Shown here one piece after another: positions 57,553 to 64,000 of a DNA stretch of 64,000 nt. Made by a program: the position numbers and the translations under genes. This DNA is from Eledone cirrhosa (taxonomy: Eukaryota). Under the pieces are notes generated by a model. It made no database searches, was not told the DNA's origin, and saw only the letters and a program-made list of their open reading frames with translations. The stretch covers positions 34,596,001 to 34,660,000 of the forward strand of contig OZ024744.1 in NCBI GenBank assembly GCA_964016885.1. Direction: 5' to 3'. The stretch's first letter is position 1. Each line of letters begins with the position of its first letter.

Positions 57553-58159
57553 TTACACACACACACACACATTCATATATATATATATATATATACATAC
57601 ATACAAATTTATGTGTGTGTATGTGTATGGGTATGCGTATGTGTGCGTGTGCGTGTGTGTGCGTGCCTCTGTATGTGTGTATGTGTGTGTGTGTATGTGT
57701 GTATTTATTGAGGTGGTGGCTCAGCATGGCCGCAGTTCGGTGACTGAAACCAGTAAAATTGTAAAAGAGTAACTCCATGGGGTAGTGAAACATGGCCACG
57801 ACTTGAACTCTGCGTTCTTCGCTCAACCCGTCACAGTATCTATGTTTCTCCATCTTTCTGTACCTCTCTTTTCCCCTCTCACTATACTCTTTCTCAGTAA
57901 TTTTTCTTTCACACTTCGTTTCCCTCTAGTAGACTTGTTTTCAGCGCGGAAGTGTGATCTGTCTATCTATCTATCGTTGATAGTAGACGTCTGTAACTTC
58001 GGCTGCCACTTATTTGGATTTATATTACGAGTTGACAGAAAGTTTGTGTTGAATTTTATTTTATTTGTGTAAATTAACCTCCCGCCTAGGCTTGTAGACG
58101 GGTGGTTATTTTATTTTCACCCCTTTTGGGGTAAAATTCTTCATTTGTAAAATTTTACT

Positions 58160-61100
58160 TGACTTGCAATTCAACAATGGACGCCATACATGTAAACAAC
58201 ACTGCCCCCCCCCCCTCCATCCCCAGGAGAGTGAGAGAGAGAAACAAGCAATTCATCCTGCTGAAATTTCCCTCTCCTCGCTTTTGCATACAAATATGGA
58301 AGCGAATTTAACAAATAATTGGGAATATTTGGGAAATAACCCAAAAAATGATAAAACTGAATCAAATGAAATTGCTAATTACACAAATGAAAATAATACC
58401 AACACCCAAAAAGATGAAAATTACAGAAACAAAATTGAAGACAACACCAATAACATCAACACCAACATCAAAAAAATTGAAAACAACAGCAACAACAATG
58501 AAAACAACCCAAACACCAACAGCGACAACAAGGAAAATAAAAAAGTATCCTTTGCACATACAGCAAAAAATCGATAACCTATGGTCCAGAAGATATAACA
58601 AACGCCAGAGAACTGCTTGAAAGAGCAAAATAATATGTAACTTTTGGCGAAAAGGGATCCTTTTCCATTAATTCGCCCCCTGAATTAAAAAAAGCAAACC
58701 GAACGAAGAACAGTGGTTTTTAGAACAGTTGCCAACAAAACCAGAAAACCAGCTCAACCATCACAGAATGAGATTGAGCTGGTTCTAAAAGAGGCAATGA
58801 AAGACATCGTCTTCAACCAAAAGAGACTCTAAGGGAGTCTATCCATACTGATGAAAGATGAATTGGCGACGCAGAAATACTCTGTGTTGCCAATTCGTTC
58901 CACGCTTTACACTTTTTTCCCAACTTACATGGGAGAAAGGACCCAAAGGATATGGATCAACACGATAATTCCAATTATTGACTATTGGTGACTACTAACT
59001 GGGTTCCTCAACCTAGATGAGGACAATTTAATCTCAGTAAGCAAGGCATCCGGCAACGCGTTCAGCGGAACGGGCATCGAAATTCTGGCCCAAATGAGGC
59101 CGGAACGAATAGCCCAAATCCCTGAACGCGTCATGCTGGATGAACGCAACTACTTCAGCATCATCGGCCCTCTTGTTACCTCTGTGGAGGCAGAGGTCAC
59201 CTAAGGGCTGCCTGTCCGTAGTTTAAAAAAAAACCTCTGCTACCCACACCGCAAAAAACAACACCACCATCACCACCACAACAACAACAAACAACAAATC
59301 AAAACGAAACCGAACACGGTTTCGTTTTGTCTAAATGCGCGAGGCCTGGGCTCATATTGGAAGCAAGCTAAACTTCGAAATAACCTCAGATCACACTGTA
59401 TAAATGTGATGACTGTTTGCGAGACCCGGATCAGCAGCGAGCTCCAGCTAGCCCCCCACCTTTGATGACTTTGAGATCTACGCATCTCTCTGTCAGCCGG
59501 GAGGTGGGGGTGGGGTTGTCGTTCTGCTGCAAAAACATCTGGGTCTCGCAACGCAGACGGTGCACTTGGACCCGGAGGGTCGACTGGTGGTCCTAGACGT
59601 TGGCAGTGGTGAAGGTAGAGCCTTTAGGCTGGTGGCCGCGTATGCCCCTTTTGGGGCAGCGCGGCCGGACTTCTTCCAGCGTCTGGAGACTTTTCTAGGG
59701 ACGTCCCGCTCCTTGCTTTTAGTGGGGGACTGGAATGGTATCCTAGATGCACGTTGGGACTATGTAGGAGCATGTCCCGATAGAGGGGATTGTAACAGCC
59801 TCAAATGGTTAATCAGCCTATTTGACCTGGCCGATAGCTATCGACTAGATTTTCCGACTGCGCCAACTTGGACTTGGACTAACCGCAGTGGATCATCTAG
59901 GTCGTACCTAGATAGGGTCCTAGTTAGAAATAAGGATAGGGACCTACTAAGTTGTCCAGAGATGCGCAGGGTTGGCTATTCAGATCACAAATTAGTGACC
60001 TGCTTAGTCAACCTTGAACGCATAGACAAGGACCCGGTTACTGGAAGCTGATCTTGTCCTTACCGGCAAGTAAAGCTTACAGGGATCGGATTAGCGCTTT
60101 AGTTAAGGAACGGTTGACGGGGGCTATCGTCAACAGCAGGGGGTGTGGCTCTCTCAAGAGAGGGATTAGAGTAGTCTCGATAGGTTTTAGTAAGGAATTA
60201 GCCTCAGATAGGAATAGGAAGGAAAGGGAGTTGGTAGATAGAGTAGAAGAGGCGATTAGAAGCGGCGACGTAGCCAGAGTGCTAGCGTCGAGAACGGCCT
60301 TAAACCAGTTTTTCGACGCGAAGCACGAAGGCTGCGTTGTCAGAAGCAAAATACGTGCTCTAGGAAACGAGGGGGCCAAAGCTGTTAGCTGGGCCCGCGT
60401 GACAGAAGCCTAAAGTGGGATTAAATCCACTATCTGGTCTTTGAAGGACCAGGATGGACGGGTGATCCTTGAACCTGGACAGATGTGTGAGGCCTTTCAA
60501 AGGCCCTTTGCACGACTTTTCGGGAGGAGCGGGGGGGGAGAGGGGGGATGTGGATTTCGGTCCATACCTCGACGCCTACCACGTCTTTCGAACAAGGAGG
60601 CGAAGTCCTGCGAAAGGCATATTTCAGCTGCTGAAATAAGGGACGTGCTGAGCCAATGTGGCAAACGCAAATCCCCGATCTCCTCGAGGCGGTCTACTGC
60701 AACTAGCAACAGAACGGAAGAATTCCCTGTTCTGTGACCAAGAGCGTAGTCTCGCTAGTGAGGAAGGACGAGAACAAGGGGGATGAAATAAGTAATGTCA
60801 GGCCCATAACTCTGCTAAATGCGGAGTTAAAGATTTTGGCCAAGGTGTTAGCAAAGAGATTGGCGCTTGTCGTGGGCAACCTGGTGGGAGATGCACAGAC
60901 ATGCGCTATCCCGTCCAGGTCCATTCACGACAACCTCCACCTCATGCGATACATCATAGAGAGGGTAGGGAATGAACCCGGCTTTGGTGGGGCCCTGATC
61001 AACTTGGATCAATCTAAGGCGTTCGATAGGGTTGACCAAGGTTACCTGTATGCGGTGCTAGCGGCGGCAGGTTTCGGACCCGTTTTCAGGGGCTGGATTA

Positions 61101-62742
61101 CTGCCATGCACAGCAGCCGCATCTGCTCGAGGGTCAAAGTCAACGGCTACCTCTCGGAACCGTTCCAAATCGCGCGGTCCATCCGACAGATCGGCACCTT
61201 ACTGGAGGAATACGAAAGGTTTACAGGGGCAAAGCTGAACCGGGACAAGTCAGTCGGTTTACAACTCGGCGCGTGGAGGGGCAAACCGATGTCCTTCGAC
61301 GGCGTCGTCGGACGCTGGACGGAGGGCCCGGTGAAGCTGCTTGGGGTTTGGTTCGGACCAGACCTCCAGGAGGAGAAGAACTGGGGTGAGGTAACGAACA
61401 GGGTGTTTGCACTGGCCCAGAAGTGGGCCGAGTGTAAACTATCCCTGAAAGGTCGAGCGGAGGTGGCGAACGCTTATATAGCGTCCGTCATCTTTTACCG
61501 CTTGACTGTCGTGCCTTGCCCAGGTTAAACGCTCACCAAAATGGAGAGCGCACTCTTCCAATTCCTTTGGAAGAAGCGGGCTCCTTTGGTGAGGAGATCC
61601 ATCTGCTGTCAACACCTTTCGAAAAGAGGGCTGGGGATGCCGTGGCTGCAGATGCGTAAATACGCATTAAGGCTACGGCACCTCCAGGTATTCCTCACCG
61701 GTCAACCGGTGTGGGCCCCGTTTGTGAGGCGAGCCTTTCCGAGACTCATCTCGCTTACCGAGCTGCAATCCTGGGTCAAGCAAAGACCGAGAAAACTGGG
61801 CGCCTGGCGCATGTAGTGTGCTCAGGCGCTCACGGCTCTCTGGCAGGCGGACCCAGCTATCACTGGAGACTCCACCTCGACATTCTATAGAGGGTTGGTC
61901 AGCAGCAGGTGCGACGACGCCCTCGGCGAAGCCCTAGGTATGGAGGAGGAAGAACTGGCCAGCCTGTTCGGTAAGACATTTGGCCCGGGACCAATGGACA
62001 ACTTCCAGAGGTCCCTGGCCTGGCAGTGGTACTGTGGCGCTCTTCCCGTTCGAGACAAGCTCTACAGACACGGCCGCTCGGGTAGGAACCTTTCGAAAAA
62101 GATCTGTCCGAGATACGTGCGCGACGAGGAAACAGTCGCTCACGCATTGATACACTGCCCGGGCGTTGCCGATCTGTGGGGCTATGTAGAACGACTGCTG
62201 TCACGGGTGGGACCAATCCAGTTTACCACCGAGTCCATTGTTACGATCAACCCCCCCCCCCCCCCTCCTTCAGAAACGAAGGAGAGGCGGTCTTCCTCTG
62301 TGTAATAGCCATGGTAAAAGAGGTTATATGGTGGACGCGTTTGAAAGCGCTGAGGTCGGGCACCTTTCTCTCCGGCCAACAACTGGTCATTTTCTTCCGA
62401 TATCATTTCGGAAGAAGGATCAGGATGGAGAGAGAGGTGCTCCACCCCAACCAGTTTTATGAAAGGTGGGTGAAAGTGGCGAGAATGGCCCGTGTGAATG
62501 GGCCTTCCCTCTATATCAGCCTGTAGGTGAAAAAGATGGAACAACAAGGGAGCACCCTCTCTCTGTGCTCCTGAGGAGAAGGGTGGCACACTTTTTCGGC
62601 GACCCCCCAAAACGCCTTCTCCCTATTGAGGACTTTATTGTTAATTTTATATTTATTATTTGTTTTTTACTCGTTCTTTTGTGTAAACTCCCCCCTTTGT
62701 ATTTGTCCCCTTCTTTTGTGCCCTCGTGGCAATAAATAGAAA
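58160..62742 (+). mobile_element. L1/Tx1-clade LINE, decayed (ORF1 zinc knuckle, APE endonuclease, RT)
   Basis: CYLCGGRGHLRAACP (59174-59218); APE motifs LNARGL, VCETR, YAP, GDWN, SRSYLDR, SDH; RT motifs RPITLLNAELKILAK, LDQSKAFDRV; AATAAA at 62731. The 5' boundary is approximate. Confidence 0.9.
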
Positions 62743-62769
62743 TTTATCTCTCTCCCTCTCTCTCTCTCT

Positions 62770-62862
<93 letters not shown>

Positions 62863-62943
62863 AAAAGGTAAACAGAAATTACAAAATCGGTACAGTATAT
62901 GGAAGAATATATTAGGTTATCGCTTGATATAGCAGGAAGAGGG

Positions 62944-62979
62944 TCTTGACGTTTTGGACGCTAGTCCTTCATCAGAAGA
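62944..62979 (-). ncRNA. Minimal hammerhead motif with G12A
   Basis: Minus strand: tctt CTGATGA a-ggac-tagc-gtcc AAAAC GTC aaga; loopless ACGT stem III. Confidence 0.55.
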
Positions 62980-63058
62980 AAGAATGAAAAATAAGATAGA
63001 TTGAGGGGTCGGGCGGGCTGGAATTGGAAAAATGTCTTTAGATAAAAATAACGGGTCC

Positions 63059-63091
<33 letters not shown>

Positions 63092-63810
63092 AAACATATA
63101 TATATATAATATATTTTTGCAGACAAGCTCATAATTTTTTAATTTGTGTTTATTGAAGCCACTTCCTTTTACTTAATGCTCTTAGTGGCAAAATTTAGCA
63201 TACTTTCAGTGTCTTTAGTGGGGCTCCAACAATATAGAGTCACAAATAGAAGCAAAGAATCTTTAGTTGGAAAAAGTATTGACTCGGCCAATACTTAAAA
63301 ATACTTGAACATAAAGAAATGTCATATACAGAAAGAAGGGCAATGTCCATAATCCTTGTGAGGTTTTCCAAACTGGAGCACTTGATGTGTTGAAGCTCAT
63401 CTGTAGGTATAGAACTTGAAGTGAAGGGGACGAAATTTTAGGGAACTACTATTTAGGAGAGGCAAGCACTAAACGAAATATTTAAATTGGATTCTAAAGG
63501 GTAAGTTACAATGGGGCTGACAGACCAATTTGTGACAAGGAGGCCTAGGCCGAAAGTGTATGCATATATTCATTTGAGAAGAGCTGTCATTGATCGATGG
63601 TCATTTTCCAGGCTATAAAAGAAAAATATTGTTTGAATCTGGAGAGTTTCGAATGGAGTACAGATGGCGAAACAAAGCAAAATTCCTCCTATCCTCTCAA
63701 AAGTAACAACACCTCACTTTACGAAAACACAAGAGACAAATACCATAAATACCTCGCTTCCTATACAAGGAAAGGATTCTTGGTCGTCACTGGAGACACC
63801 TACAACAATC

Positions 63811-63867
<57 letters not shown>

Positions 63868-64000
63868 AAAGTTTGTCCTTCATCAGTGATCTTCCAACCA
63901 TCATAGGCATTTCATCGCTTTAAAGACCATATACCTCCGGTTGGTGCGAGCAACGGCTAAAAAAAGACGTTGGGACACGTAAATAAAGGGGACGCAAGGG

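Noticed and set aside
63300-63810. Possible further Penelope remnants
   Set aside because: Only faint motif similarity (YNGADRPIC); too decayed to call.

Overview
Gene-free, AT-rich eukaryotic repeat landscape. The SINE motifs and microsatellite density suggest a cephalopod (octopus-like) genome; this is an inference. Bases 1-18005 are a 22-bp satellite (CAACCCTAAGCAATTGTTGTAT / CAGTCCTAAG... variants) with higher-order periods of 1277 bp and about 3.3-3.5 kb. The rest is a mosaic of (TA)n/(CA)n/(GA)n tracts and decayed mobile elements: CRE-like and R4-like RLE LINEs, RTE fragments, an L1/Tx1-like LINE, SINEs, a probable non-autonomous Helitron and several Penelope-like elements (RT plus GIY-YIG, Naiad-like). 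The main signal is about 20 hammerhead-ribozyme motifs (type I topology, read by eye) from many distinct sequence families between 26 and 63 kb. Most lie in short, ORF-less or ORF-poor fold-back elements embedded in (TA)n tracts, with the inverted-arm plus tail architecture of Penelope. They include U3-A8 and U4C core variants, palindromic (dimer-type) stem III, covarying copies, and one inverted arm that starts at the predicted cleavage site. No intact host gene was found; most ORF-track entries are microsatellite artefacts.
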